A stretch of 62,062 bases of DNA from Pseudomonadota bacterium (lineage in GTDB: Archaea; Thermoplasmatota; SW-10-69-26; JACQPN01; JAJPHT01): positions 1 through 62,062 of the forward strand of contig JAJPHT010000003.1 of assembly GCA_021325135.1 (NCBI GenBank). The letters are read 5' to 3'. The first letter of the stretch is position 1; each line of letters starts with the position of its first letter. Below are positions 26,816-36,324 of the stretch, in pieces. Under the pieces are notes generated by a model. The model did no database searches. It worked only from the letters and a program-made list of their open reading frames with translations, and had not been told where the DNA came from. The translations under genes and the position numbers were made by a program.

Positions 26816-27649
26816 TTAAACGTTGCCGGGACCGTTGTCGCAGGTGCTGCCGTAGCTCCACGGCAGGTCGCCCGAAGGCAGGCAGGTGCCGGTGGTCGTC
26901 TCGTCGGGCTGGATGGTGTCGGTGGTGTCCCACGAGTGGTTGTCGTTGGGCCAGATGACGGCGTGGAAGTCGCCGTGCCCCGAGGCGGAGTGGCCCTGGA
27001 CCATGGAGCCGCTGCACTTGTCGTTGCGCCAGATGCCGTCCGCGTCGCAGCGGTAGCTCCAGTCCGTCGTCACCTGGCAGGTGGCGGCGTACTTCCAGTT
27101 GAGGTTGGTCTTCACGTTCTCGTTGCCGCTGCCGCTGTCGGCCCAGAAGTGCAGCCACGTGTGGCTGTCCCGGGGCGTGCCGTTCTGGGCGCAAGTGCCG
27201 GTCCCGCCGCCGGTCCCCTGCGTGCCCAGGCTGGGCTGCGACGGGGTCGAGGTGGCCACCGTCGCGCTGGCGCCCCCCACGGCGTAGGGGTTCTCCGCGA
27301 CGCGGTGGATCTGCGTGACGGCGCCCGTGGCCGCGTCCACGGCCCCGGAGTACGTCTGCCCGTCGATGGTCCACACCACGTCGGCGCTGCGGATGGCGCA
27401 GGCGAAGACGTCGACGTGGAGCACGAGATCGTCCACGTAGGCGGGGCGCGGGCCCGGCGAGTAGCTGCCGGCGCCCGTGCAGACGTTTCCAGGATCGGAG
27501 GGCGCGAAGGCGTGGGCGATCACGGGCGCAGGCACGAACGGGAGCGTGGACGGGTCGAGCCAGACGGTCGCGTCGGCGCGGACGGCTCCAACGGGGAGCG
27601 TCGCGACGGCGACGGCCAGGGAGGCGAACACGGCAGGAGGGACTCTCAC
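26816..27649 (-). CDS. Secreted Cys-rich protein
   Basis: Signal peptide; paired Cys; T-rich terminator downstream. Confidence 0.75.
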   Translation of the reverse strand: MRVPPAVFASLAVAVATLPVGAVRADATVWLDPSTLPFVPAPVIAHAFAPSDPGNVCTGAGSYSPGPRPAYVDDLVLHVDVFACAIRSADVVWTIDGQTYSGAVDAATGAVTQIHRVAENPYAVGGASATVATSTPSQPSLGTQGTGGGTGTCAQNGTPRDSHTWLHFWADSGSGNENVKTNLNWKYAATCQVTTDWSYRCDADGIWRNDKCSGSMVQGHSASGHGDFHAVIWPNDNHSWDTTDTIQPDETTTGTCLPSGDLPWSYGSTCDNGPGNV

Positions 27650-27923
27650 GATGGTTCACCAGGGAGGCCTACGGGCTTCCCGGAGCATCGACGGATCGCT
27701 CCGTGCATAACAGTTGTTGCAGACGAATGCTCAACGTGTTACAGCGCTATGCCAATCTTCGATCTGTCCGGATCGCCGGCGCCAGGCGTGGCGGGCCCTT
27801 TCCACCGCGTGCAGGTTGTCGAGGCTTGTTGTGAAATTCGTCCACGCCATGCGACGAGCGGCGACGAATCTGCATACGAAATGCTGCTTGCCGGGATGGA
27901 TTTCCTGTGCGTGGGGCGTCGCG

Positions 27924-28292
27924 TCACTTCGCGCGGCGCACGACGATGCTCTCGTGGAGCGTCTCCTCGCCCATGCCGCGCAGGCGGGCCATGAGGGGCT
28001 CCTCGGACGCGGCGAGGCGGTGCAGGCCGCGGCCGTTGACGCTGAGCGCCTCGTCGATCCAGCCGCGGGGCTCGGCCAGCGGAAGCACCTGCGTCGGGCG
28101 CAGCCCCTTGAACGAGCGGTACTCCTGCCGCCGCACGCTGCCGCGCGCGAGGTCGATGCCGCCCAGCCCCTCGCTCCTCAGCTCGGCGAGGATCGCCGCG
28201 CGCAGCTCGTCGCGCCGCTGCTCCAGGAGGCGGATCTGCTCCTCGAGGTCGAAGCACTCCTCGACGAGCAGCGGAAGGGCGCCGGTGGACAC
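27924..28292 (-). CDS. Hypothetical protein, N-terminal coiled coil
   Basis: LVEECFDLEEQIRLLEQRRDELRAAILAEL. Confidence 0.6.
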   Translation of the reverse strand: MSTGALPLLVEECFDLEEQIRLLEQRRDELRAAILAELRSEGLGGIDLARGSVRRQEYRSFKGLRPTQVLPLAEPRGWIDEALSVNGRGLHRLAASEEPLMARLRGMGEETLHESIVVRRAK

Positions 28293-28338
28293 GGCCCCTT
28301 GGAGGCGGCAGGGCCTACAAGAAGGCGGCGTCGCCCGC

Positions 28339-28707
28339 TCAGGGCAACCAGGGCGCGATCTCGCCCGCGCCGTGGATCTCCAGGAAGAAGTCGCGATAGC
28401 CATTGACGGTGATGCCCAGGAAGCCGTCGAAGCCCGCGATCTGATAGCTGCCGGGGGCCAGCGTCGTCTCGGCGCCGTTCTGGACGACGGTGAGCGCGCT
28501 CGTGTCCACGGTGAACCGGACGTAGCAGCCCGAGCAGGCGAAGCTCTGCGTGAAGGCGCCGCCGCTCCACGACGCGCCGCCCCCCACGACGTAGTACGTC
28601 GTCGCATGCGCCGTGCCGCTGATGGCGCCGGGCACGACGGGGTCGGCCAGCGCCGCGGGGAGCGCGAGCGTGGCGAGGGCGAGAAGGGCGAAGGCGAGGC
28701 GGGGCAC
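28339..28707 (-). CDS. Small secreted beta-rich protein
   Basis: Signal peptide VPRLAFALLALATLALPAALA; GGAGGT SD. Confidence 0.7.
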   Translation of the reverse strand: MPRLAFALLALATLALPAALADPVVPGAISGTAHATTYYVVGGGASWSGGAFTQSFACSGCYVRFTVDTSALTVVQNGAETTLAPGSYQIAGFDGFLGITVNGYRDFFLEIHGAGEIAPWLP

Positions 28708-28829
28708 GGCGACCTCCCCTTGCCCGCGGTGGGGATAAGGGCCCCCTTGTCGCCCGCGGTGCGGACAACCCCCTTCCGGCGGCCCGGCAGGCGGGCACGC
28801 GGGAGGGGCTGCCGCTTCCAGCAACGTTC

Positions 28830-29504
28830 ATGGACGGATTGTTAGCTCCATCTTCCGTGGTCAGCGATAGGGAAAAGCGCGTCGCCCGGCGACGCAGGCT
28901 GCACGCGCAAGGGCTCAGCGACCAGGAGATCGCGCGGCGCGCGGGCGAGAAGATCGGCACGGTGCGCGCGTGGCGCCGCCGCGAGGGCCTCGCCGCCAAC
29001 GGCTCGGGCCGGCGCGCGCTCCCGCGGGAGGACGAGAGGCGCCGCCGGGACGCGTACCGCCGCGCGAAGAGCGACACGGAGGCGGCCGCGCTCCTGGGCA
29101 TGGGCGCGGGCACGTTCCGCGAGTGGCGGCTGCGCCGTGGGCTCCCCGCCAAGCGGTCGCGCGCCATCGGCCGCGCCGAGCGCGAGCGCCGCATCCGTCT
29201 TGTGCGCAGCGGCCTCTCGCGCCAGGAGGTCGCGCGCCGGCTGGGCATCAAGCCCGGCACGCTGGCCGCGTGGATGAAGGACAACGGGCTCGTCGCCCCC
29301 CGCAAGCCGGGCCGGCCGCCCCTGAGGCAGGCGGGCCGCGTGCTCAGCGCCGTGCGCCGGGGCGGCCAGGACACGCGCACCATCGCCCGCATGGCGCGCG
29401 TCCCCGTCCGCCACGTGCAGCCTCTTCTCAAGCGCCTGCGCGACCGCGGCCAGCTGAAGGGATACACGGGAAGCCTCTCCCCCATCGAGCCCCCCGCGTC
29501 GTGA
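28830..29504 (+). CDS. Multi-HTH DNA-binding protein with C-terminal GRP + winged-helix module
   Basis: Three repeats of the type GLSDQEIARRAG...TVRAWRRREGL; C-terminus paralogous to 54502-54705; start may be GTG 28857. Confidence 0.75.
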   Translation: MDGLLAPSSVVSDREKRVARRRRLHAQGLSDQEIARRAGEKIGTVRAWRRREGLAANGSGRRALPREDERRRRDAYRRAKSDTEAAALLGMGAGTFREWRLRRGLPAKRSRAIGRAERERRIRLVRSGLSRQEVARRLGIKPGTLAAWMKDNGLVAPRKPGRPPLRQAGRVLSAVRRGGQDTRTIARMARVPVRHVQPLLKRLRDRGQLKGYTGSLSPIEPPAS

Positions 29505-29542
29505 CCGCGCCTTTTTCACCCCGGAGGGCCGATGCCGGGCCG

Positions 29543-30376
29543 ATGAAGGAAGTCCGCTTCGACGTCGAGGGCGAGCCCGTCGCCGGCTCGCTGCACGAGC
29601 CCACGGGCCCCGCGCGCGGCGCGCTGGTCCTCGTGCACGGGTTCCTCTCGCGGCGCGAGGAGTTCGCCGACGCGCCCACGAAGCTCGCGCAGCGCGGCTG
29701 GGTCGTCCTCGCCATCGACCAGCGCGGCTTCGGCGCCTCCGGCGGCCCCCGCGGCGTCCTGAGCGCGCCGCGCGCCACCGCCGACACGCTGGCCGCCGTC
29801 GCGTGGCTGCGCAAGGAGAGGCCCGGCCTCCCCGTGGGCCTCGTCGCGCACAGCATGGGCGCGGTCTTCGGCGCGGGAGCCCTCGCGGCGGACCCCTCCA
29901 TCCGCGCGGCCGTCCTCGCGGCGCCCATGAAGAGCGTGCGCGCGGAGCTTGGCGACGCCGAGTTCCTGGGCTACCGCGTCGCGAACGCCTTCAGCCGCGC
30001 CAAGGCGCGCCTCGGCATGGGCCCCCTCGTCGTCCCCTACAAGAATCGATATCGCGACCTCTTCTTGGACCCGGAGGCCGCGAAGCGCGCGCAGAAGGCC
30101 GCCTTCCTCGACGCGACCGTGAGCCTGGGCAACTACGACGCCCTGCTCGCCATGGACACCCTCGCCTCCGCGCGCAAGGCCACGCAGCCAGTTCTCGTCA
30201 TCCTGGCCCAGCACGACAAGGCCGTGAAGCACGCCAGCAGCCGCGAGGTCTACGACGCGCTGGCGGGCCCCAAGGAGATCGTCATCCTGGACTGCGGCCA
30301 CAGCATGTTCGGCGACTGCAAGGCCGACGAGGCCATCGCCCAGGTCGACCGCTGGATGGGCATGCACCTGGCGTAG
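29543..30376 (+). CDS. Alpha/beta hydrolase (lysophospholipase/serine aminopeptidase-like)
   Basis: LVHGF, DQRGFGAS, nucleophile AHSMG, HDKAV, CGH. Confidence 0.9.
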   Translation: MKEVRFDVEGEPVAGSLHEPTGPARGALVLVHGFLSRREEFADAPTKLAQRGWVVLAIDQRGFGASGGPRGVLSAPRATADTLAAVAWLRKERPGLPVGLVAHSMGAVFGAGALAADPSIRAAVLAAPMKSVRAELGDAEFLGYRVANAFSRAKARLGMGPLVVPYKNRYRDLFLDPEAAKRAQKAAFLDATVSLGNYDALLAMDTLASARKATQPVLVILAQHDKAVKHASSREVYDALAGPKEIVILDCGHSMFGDCKADEAIAQVDRWMGMHLA

Positions 30377-30441
30377 GGACCCCGAGCGCCCCAAGGCGAG
30401 CATCGAAACATAGAGAATGCTTGGCCCGCCTGGCTTCCGCC

Positions 30442-30867
30442 ATGCCCACCCGCAGCCCCGACGTGGACGCCATCATCGAGGCGACTCCGGACGAGCGCGG
30501 CGCCCTCCTGGCGAAGCTGCGGGACGTCATCCACGCCGCCGACCCCGAGATCGTCGAGGTCGTCAAGTGGCGAAAGCCCAGCAGCCCCCTGGGCGCGGCC
30601 GTCTTCGAGCACGACGGCATCGTCTGCATCCTCATCCCGCTCAAGGGGCGCGTCCGCGTCAGCTTCGCCGCGGGCGCCAGCCTCCCCGACCCCAAGAAGC
30701 TCTTCAACGCGCAGCTCAACGGCATGTCGAGGGCCATCGACGTCCCGGTGGGCGGCAAGATCGACGTGGCGGGCCTCAAGGCCCTCGTCCGCGCGGCCGT
30801 CAAGCATCGGACCGGCGCGAAGCGCAAGGCCGCGAAACCGGCCCCGAGAAAGAAGGCCGCCCGCTGA
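30442..30867 (+). CDS. DUF1801 (YdhG-like) protein
   Basis: LRDVIHAADPEIVEVVKW...FAAGASLPDPKKLFN...LKALVRAAV. Confidence 0.85.
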   Translation: MPTRSPDVDAIIEATPDERGALLAKLRDVIHAADPEIVEVVKWRKPSSPLGAAVFEHDGIVCILIPLKGRVRVSFAAGASLPDPKKLFNAQLNGMSRAIDVPVGGKIDVAGLKALVRAAVKHRTGAKRKAAKPAPRKKAAR

Positions 30868-30936
30868 TCTTGCACCCTAGGCCGTTGGCCCAAGCCTGCC
30901 TTGGGGGGTGGAGACGCCGAGCCCACCGCCCCAATC

Positions 30937-31175
30937 CTTATATGCGGGCCTCATCTTCGCGCCCCTACCTTCCGCGCGAGGCCCAGCGACGAATCTGCGG
31001 ATTCGTCGGGGTCGCACGTTCCTGCGGGAACGCGCTCCCCAGCCGTGGACCGTGGAGAGGATGCGGCATGGACCCGCTCCCCCGCCTGCCCTGGCGCAGG
31101 CCACGCTGGGGGCGCGCGCGTGCTCTCTTCTCCCGGAACGGCAGGGCCCCAGCGCGGGCATTCGAGGACCATCCC
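30937..31175 (+). promoter_or_regulatory. TATA-like box and long structured leader of rps3ae
   Basis: CTTATAT at 30937-30943; 9-bp stem CGACGAATC-TGCG-GATTCGTCG at 30987-31008 and further hairpins. Confidence 0.45.
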
Positions 31176-31937
31176 ATGGCAGAGAAGACCGAGCAGAACC
31201 AGAAGAAGAAGGTCAGCCGCACCGCGGTCAAGAAGGTCAAGGACAAGTGGAAGGCGAAGCAGTGGTACACGGTGCGCGCGCCGCCCATGTACAACGCCGT
31301 CGCCATCGCCGAGACCCTCGCGGACGAGACGGACAAGCTCATCGGCCGCGTCGCCGAGGCGACCCTCCAGGACCTCACGGGCGACTTCAGCAAGATGCAC
31401 ATCAAGGTCAGCTTCAAGGTCGCCGCGGTGCGCGGCAACGAGTGCGCGACGAAGTTCGCGGGCCACGAGCTGACGTCCGACTACATCCGCCGCCTCACGC
31501 GCAGGAAGCACAGCAAGATCGACGCCGTCGTCGACGTCACCACCAAGGACGGCTTCCAGTTCCGCGTGAAGCCCATGGCCGTCACGGAGCGCCGCGCGCA
31601 GCACACCCAGGAGCAGGAGATCCGCCGCCTCGCGGTGACCATCCTCCAGGGCGCCGCCGCCGAGCGCGAGCACGCCGCGTTCATCCGCGACGTGGTCAAC
31701 GGCGAGCTTGGCCAGGTCATCTTCCGCGAGGCGCGCAAGGTGTACCCCCTGAAGCGCGTCGAGATCCGCAAGAGCGAGGTCACCGGCGAGCCCCAGGCGT
31801 ACTTCGAGACGGTCGACCTCTTCGCGGCGCCGCCCCAGCCGGAGCCCGCGCCCGAGGCCGCCGCGCCCGCCGAGGCCCCCCCGGCCGAGGGCGAGGCCGT
31901 CGAGCCTGCGCCCGCCGCCGAGGAAGAGCAGCTCTAA
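31176..31937 (+). CDS. rps3ae: 30S ribosomal protein S3Ae (eS1)
   Basis: KVKDKWKAKQWYTVRAP...LIGRVAEATLQDLTGDF...DYIRRLTRR...KVYPLKRVEIRKSEV. Confidence 0.97.
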   Translation: MAEKTEQNQKKKVSRTAVKKVKDKWKAKQWYTVRAPPMYNAVAIAETLADETDKLIGRVAEATLQDLTGDFSKMHIKVSFKVAAVRGNECATKFAGHELTSDYIRRLTRRKHSKIDAVVDVTTKDGFQFRVKPMAVTERRAQHTQEQEIRRLAVTILQGAAAEREHAAFIRDVVNGELGQVIFREARKVYPLKRVEIRKSEVTGEPQAYFETVDLFAAPPQPEPAPEAAAPAEAPPAEGEAVEPAPAAEEEQL

Positions 31938-31955
31938 GGCTGCCCTCGGTGGCCC

Positions 31956-32732
31956 ATGGTGGACGCGGCCTCCTTCCTCGCGCCGGCGAAGCTGCTGCAG
32001 GTCCTCGCGGTGGCGGCGATCGGCGTCTACACGTACCGGAAGGACATGCTCAACGCGGCCGGCGCGTTCACCGCGTTCACCATGGGCGCCCTCATCGTCC
32101 TGTTCACCAACTTCTGGTGGCTCCTCCTCCTTTTCGCGCTCCTGGGCCTGGGCAGCGCGGCCACGCGCTTCCGCTACGCCGAGAAGGAGGCGCGCAAGGT
32201 CAGCGAGAAGGCGGGCGGCCGCCGCAGCACGCGCAACGTCGTCGCCAACGGCGCGACGCCCGCCGTCCTCGCCGTCGCGGCGCCCTTCCTCGCGCAGGTG
32301 CTATCACCCAACGTGGCGGCCGTCGCCTACGTGAGCGCCATCGCCGTCGCCGCGGCCGACACGCTGGCCAGCGAGTTCGGCAGCCTCGCGACGCGCGTCT
32401 ACATGATCACCACGCTCAAGCAGGTCCCCGCGGGCGTGGACGGCGGCGTCTCGTTCCCCGGCCAGATGGCCGCCCTGGGCGGCGCCGCCATCGTGAGCGT
32501 GCTGGGCTGGCTCTTCCTGGGCGTCGCGACGCGCGGCCCCCTCTCCATGAGCCTCAACGCCTACACCCTCCTCATCCCCATCGCGTGCGGCTTCCTGGGC
32601 TGCCAGATCGACAGCGTCCTGGGCGCCACGCTGGAGGGGGGCGGCCTCTTCACCAAGGAGGAGACGAACCTCGTCTCCATCACGGCGGGCGCCGTCGTGG
32701 GGCTCGTCCTCGCGGCCCTGGCCGGCGCGTGA
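31956..32732 (+). CDS. DUF92 / TMEM19 family membrane protein
   Basis: RSTRNVVANG, ADTLASEFG, VPAGVDGGVS, DSVLGATLE. Confidence 0.92.
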   Translation: MVDAASFLAPAKLLQVLAVAAIGVYTYRKDMLNAAGAFTAFTMGALIVLFTNFWWLLLLFALLGLGSAATRFRYAEKEARKVSEKAGGRRSTRNVVANGATPAVLAVAAPFLAQVLSPNVAAVAYVSAIAVAAADTLASEFGSLATRVYMITTLKQVPAGVDGGVSFPGQMAALGGAAIVSVLGWLFLGVATRGPLSMSLNAYTLLIPIACGFLGCQIDSVLGATLEGGGLFTKEETNLVSITAGAVVGLVLAALAGA

Positions 32733-32830
32733 GGCCGCGCCCCGGCTGACCGTTCGCGGCGAACGAACACGCCGTTCCGCCCCTCCGGGCAGGCGCCGGG
32801 TTATGCCCGCACACGGCCGGTCCTGCGGTC

Positions 32831-35089
32831 ATGACCCGCTCCCACGCCCCCCTCGCGGCCGCCCGCAAGGCCCTCTCCGCCCTCGTCGTCTCCAGCTTCC
32901 TCCTCTTCGCCTTCGCCCCCGCGCTCGCGAAGGGCACCGACGACACCCAGAACGGCCTGACGTGGCGCGGAGAATGGACGTCCAGCACCACGTACTCCCA
33001 GGGGGACATCGTGGGCTACCTCGGGTCCACCTTCATCGCCAAGGCGCGCAACACCAACGTCGTCCCCGCCACGCATCCGACCACGTGGGACCTCCTCGTG
33101 GCCATGGGCCCGCCTGGACCCGCAGGCCCGGCTGGCCCTGCTGGACCCGCCGGTCCGGCCGGGCCTGCGGGTCCCACGGGCCCGCAAGGTCCCGCGGGAG
33201 CGACCGGAGCCGTCGGCCCTGCCGGGCCCGCAGGTCCGGCCGGCCCCGCCGGAGCCACGGGCGCCACCGGACCCCAAGGGCCCCCCGGCCCCACGGGTGC
33301 CACCGGAGCGCCGGGCGCTCCAGGCGCGACGGGCCCGCAAGGTCCGCCCGGGCTCCAGGGAATCCCGGGCTCCCAGGGAGCGCCCGGCGCCCACGGCGCC
33401 GCCGGCGCGCAGGGCCCCCAGGGCGACAAGGGCGAGACGGGCGACGTGGGTCCGCAGGGCCCCGCCGGTCCGCAAGGCGACGCGGGCCCCGCGGGTCCTG
33501 CCGGCGCCGATGGCGCGACCGGGCCCCAGGGCCCCCAGGGAGACGTCGGTCCCGCAGGTCCGCAGGGCGACGTCGGACCCCAGGGGCCGAAGGGCGACAC
33601 GGGCGACACCGGCCCGATGGGTCCCCAGGGCGACGTCGGTCCGCAGGGGCCTCAGGGTGACATCGGCCCCGTGGGCCCCCAAGGCCCCGAGGGGCCCCAA
33701 GGTGAGACCGGACCTCAAGGCCCCGCCGGCGCCGATGGCGCCACGGGCCCCCAGGGTCCCGTCGGTCCCCAAGGCGAGACCGGCCCCGTGGGCCCGTCTG
33801 GGCCGCAGGGCGCCAAGGGCGACACCGGCGACGTGGGCCCGCAAGGCCCCGTCGGGCCCCAGGGTGAGGTCGGCCCCGTTGGTCCGAAGGGTGACACGGG
33901 CGACATGGGTCCCCAGGGCGAGGTCGGTCCAGTTGGCCCGCAGGGTCCCGCCGGGCCCCAGGGCGACACCGGCCCCCAGGGTCCGGCCGGCGCGGATGGC
34001 GCCACCGGCCCGATGGGCCCCGCGGGTCCTGCTGGACCCCAGGGTCCCCAGGGCGAGAAGGGCGACAAGGGTGACACCGGCGACGTGGGACCGCAAGGGC
34101 CCCAGGGCGAAGTCGGACCTGCCGGCCCCCAGGGCCCCGAAGGCCCCCAGGGCGAGACCGGTTCCCAGGGCCCCGTCGGCGCCGACGGCCCGATGGGTCC
34201 CATGGGTCCCCCCGGTCCGCAGGGCGACACGGGTCCTCAGGGCCCCCAGGGCGACACGGGTCCTCAGGGTCCCGCCGGAGCGGACGGTGCGACGGGCCCC
34301 ACGGGCCCCGCCGGTCCTGCTGGCCCCCAGGGCCCGGCCGGTCCCAAGGGCGACACGGGCGACGTGGGCCCTGCCGGTCCCCAAGGTCCGGCCGGCCCGG
34401 CGGGCGCGGACGGCGCGACCGGTCCCCAGGGCCCGGCTGGCCCGCAGGGTCCTGCCGGCCCCAAGGGTGACACCGGGGCGCAAGGCCCCGCGGGTCCCAC
34501 GGGTGCGACGGGCCCCCAGGGTCCGACCGGCCCGAAGGGCGACACGGGCGCCACCGGCGCAACGGGCCCCCAGGGCCCCGCAGGCGCGACGGGTCCCCAA
34601 GGTCCCGCTGGCCCCACCGGCGCGACGGGCGCGCAAGGCCCGGCCGGCGCCACGGGTGCGACGGGCCTCCAGGGTCCGACCGGCACGACGGGTGCAACGG
34701 GTCCGCAGGGTCCGACAGGTGCGACCGGCGCGACGGGCCCCAACTTCATCATGGGCTCCAGCGCCGGCAGCGTCGCGGCGGGCTCCACGGTGTTCACCGG
34801 CCTCTTCGGCCAGAGCGGGACGGAGGCCAACGCGCAGATGCTCATTCCCACGAGCATGTCGTTCGGCCACCTGACGTGCTTCGGCCCCAAGCCGACGGCG
34901 GGCAACTCGGATGTCTTCACCGTGATGAAGAACGGCACGGCGACGACCGCGACCTGCACCATCCCCAGCGGCGGGACGACCCCCGTGACCAGCGCGATCT
35001 CGCTCTCTCTGGGCACGGGCGACCAGATCGACGTCCGGGTCGCGAACGGCAACACGGCGGGTCCCGTCTACTGGTCGCTGGGCCCGTAG
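32831..35089 (+). CDS. Secreted collagen-like protein
   Basis: Signal peptide, WRGEW...YSQGDIV small domain, about 180 Gly-X-Y triplets (33107-34741), C-terminal globular domain. Confidence 0.92.
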   Translation: MTRSHAPLAAARKALSALVVSSFLLFAFAPALAKGTDDTQNGLTWRGEWTSSTTYSQGDIVGYLGSTFIAKARNTNVVPATHPTTWDLLVAMGPPGPAGPAGPAGPAGPAGPAGPTGPQGPAGATGAVGPAGPAGPAGPAGATGATGPQGPPGPTGATGAPGAPGATGPQGPPGLQGIPGSQGAPGAHGAAGAQGPQGDKGETGDVGPQGPAGPQGDAGPAGPAGADGATGPQGPQGDVGPAGPQGDVGPQGPKGDTGDTGPMGPQGDVGPQGPQGDIGPVGPQGPEGPQGETGPQGPAGADGATGPQGPVGPQGETGPVGPSGPQGAKGDTGDVGPQGPVGPQGEVGPVGPKGDTGDMGPQGEVGPVGPQGPAGPQGDTGPQGPAGADGATGPMGPAGPAGPQGPQGEKGDKGDTGDVGPQGPQGEVGPAGPQGPEGPQGETGSQGPVGADGPMGPMGPPGPQGDTGPQGPQGDTGPQGPAGADGATGPTGPAGPAGPQGPAGPKGDTGDVGPAGPQGPAGPAGADGATGPQGPAGPQGPAGPKGDTGAQGPAGPTGATGPQGPTGPKGDTGATGATGPQGPAGATGPQGPAGPTGATGAQGPAGATGATGLQGPTGTTGATGPQGPTGATGATGPNFIMGSSAGSVAAGSTVFTGLFGQSGTEANAQMLIPTSMSFGHLTCFGPKPTAGNSDVFTVMKNGTATTATCTIPSGGTTPVTSAISLSLGTGDQIDVRVANGNTAGPVYWSLGP

Positions 35090-35099
35090 GCGAATCGGC

Positions 35100-35140
35100 G
35101 GCGGGCGCGGAGCCATGCGCCCGCCAATCCCCTCTTTTTC
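35100..35140 (+). terminator. Hairpin plus T-tract after collagen gene
   Basis: GGCGGGCGC...GCGCCCGCC followed by CTCTTTTTC. Confidence 0.55.
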
Positions 35141-35227
35141 GCATTTCCACCCCTGCCCGCGCTCGTGGGCGGGCGCTAGCTGATAACCTTCCGGGGGCGG
35201 AGAGGCACGTCGCTGGAGCCTGCCTCG

Positions 35228-36103
35228 ATGCGTCGCCGCGCCCTGCCCCTCGCCCTTCTTCCGATCCTCCTCGTCCTCGCCGGGTGCACGACGCGCGGCC
35301 CGGAGACGGCGGGGGGCCCCGCGGCGCCCGTGGAGTCCAACTCGACGGTGGCGCGCGGCGACCTGGCGTTCCCCGTCGTGTCGAGCGTCGACGGCGTGGC
35401 GCCCCCCGCGGCGGGGGACCTCACGGTGCGCGGCGCCAATGGCGTGACCGTCATGGCGGACTCGGCCAACGGCTCGCTGCGCGTCGGGCTCGGGCCCCTC
35501 GTCGCACCCGTGGGCGGCATCATCGCCTGCGGGTCGGCGTGCAACACGTCGCAGGCCAGCGCGGGCATGGTGGTCGCGGACGGGAGCCTCATCAGCCACC
35601 ACGACCTGGCGCTCAACGCGCTGGGGCCCGAGGGCGACTCGGTCGTCTACTTCTACGACCAGGGGCGCCAGAACGGCGAGTACCTCCAGTGGTCCGACGC
35701 GGCCGACCGCTTCCAGCTCTCCCACGACACGGAGATCCTGGGCGAGGCGCTGGCGCGCGGCCCCGTGGGGACCGTGAGCGCGGCGTCGGTGCCCAACGGC
35801 TCCTTCGTGTTCACGCCCGCGCTGGAGGGCAACGAGATGGCGGTCTACCTGCGCGGCTCCGCGACGCTGCAGGGGGGATCGGCGACGATATCATTCCCGC
35901 CGGAGTTCGCGGCGGTGGTGGGCGCGGGCGCGATCACGGCGCAGGCGACGCTCACGAGCCCCGCGCCTGCGCTCTACGTCAGCGAGAAGGCGAAGGACCA
36001 CCTCACCGTGCAGACGGTGGAGCCATTCAACGGCACGGCGACGTTCGACTACTTCGTCCAGGCGCCGAGGGCCGGCGGCGAGGCGTTCCACACGGTGCGC
36101 TAG
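35228..36103 (+). CDS. Lipoprotein with fibre-like body
   Basis: Lipobox LAGC; C-terminal EGNEMAVYLRGSATL...FPPEF...LYV...FDYFVQAPR resembles domains at the end of fibre proteins. Confidence 0.75.
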   Translation: MRRRALPLALLPILLVLAGCTTRGPETAGGPAAPVESNSTVARGDLAFPVVSSVDGVAPPAAGDLTVRGANGVTVMADSANGSLRVGLGPLVAPVGGIIACGSACNTSQASAGMVVADGSLISHHDLALNALGPEGDSVVYFYDQGRQNGEYLQWSDAADRFQLSHDTEILGEALARGPVGTVSAASVPNGSFVFTPALEGNEMAVYLRGSATLQGGSATISFPPEFAAVVGAGAITAQATLTSPAPALYVSEKAKDHLTVQTVEPFNGTATFDYFVQAPRAGGEAFHTVR

Positions 36104-36144
36104 CGAGGCGAAAGCAGCTTCCAGTCCCCAGGAGACCCGTCATC

Positions 36145-36324
36145 ATGGCCCTGCAATACATGACGCGGAAGGTGGAGTTCACGGGCGCCTTCCAGCCGCA
36201 CCTGCCCGACGTGGACGCGATGCTCGACGAGGCCGCGCGCGGCGGCTGGCGCCTCGTCCAGATCCTCCCCTCCCTCAACGTAGGCACCTCCTGGGAGGCT
36301 CTCTTCGTCTTCATGCGGGAGTAG
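36145..36324 (+). CDS. DUF4177-like small protein
   Basis: QYMTRKV...LDEAARGGWRLVQIL...FVFMRE. Confidence 0.7.
   Translation: MALQYMTRKVEFTGAFQPHLPDVDAMLDEAARGGWRLVQILPSLNVGTSWEALFVFMRE

Noticed and set aside
33107-34741. CRISPR-like or tandem DNA repeat
   Set aside because: Periodicity is the 9-nt collagen triplet coding pattern; no constant repeat with unique spacers and no cas genes
32801-35725. 974-aa and other long antisense or alternative-frame ORFs over the collagen gene
   Set aside because: Shadows of the repetitive GC-rich Gly-X-Y coding sequence
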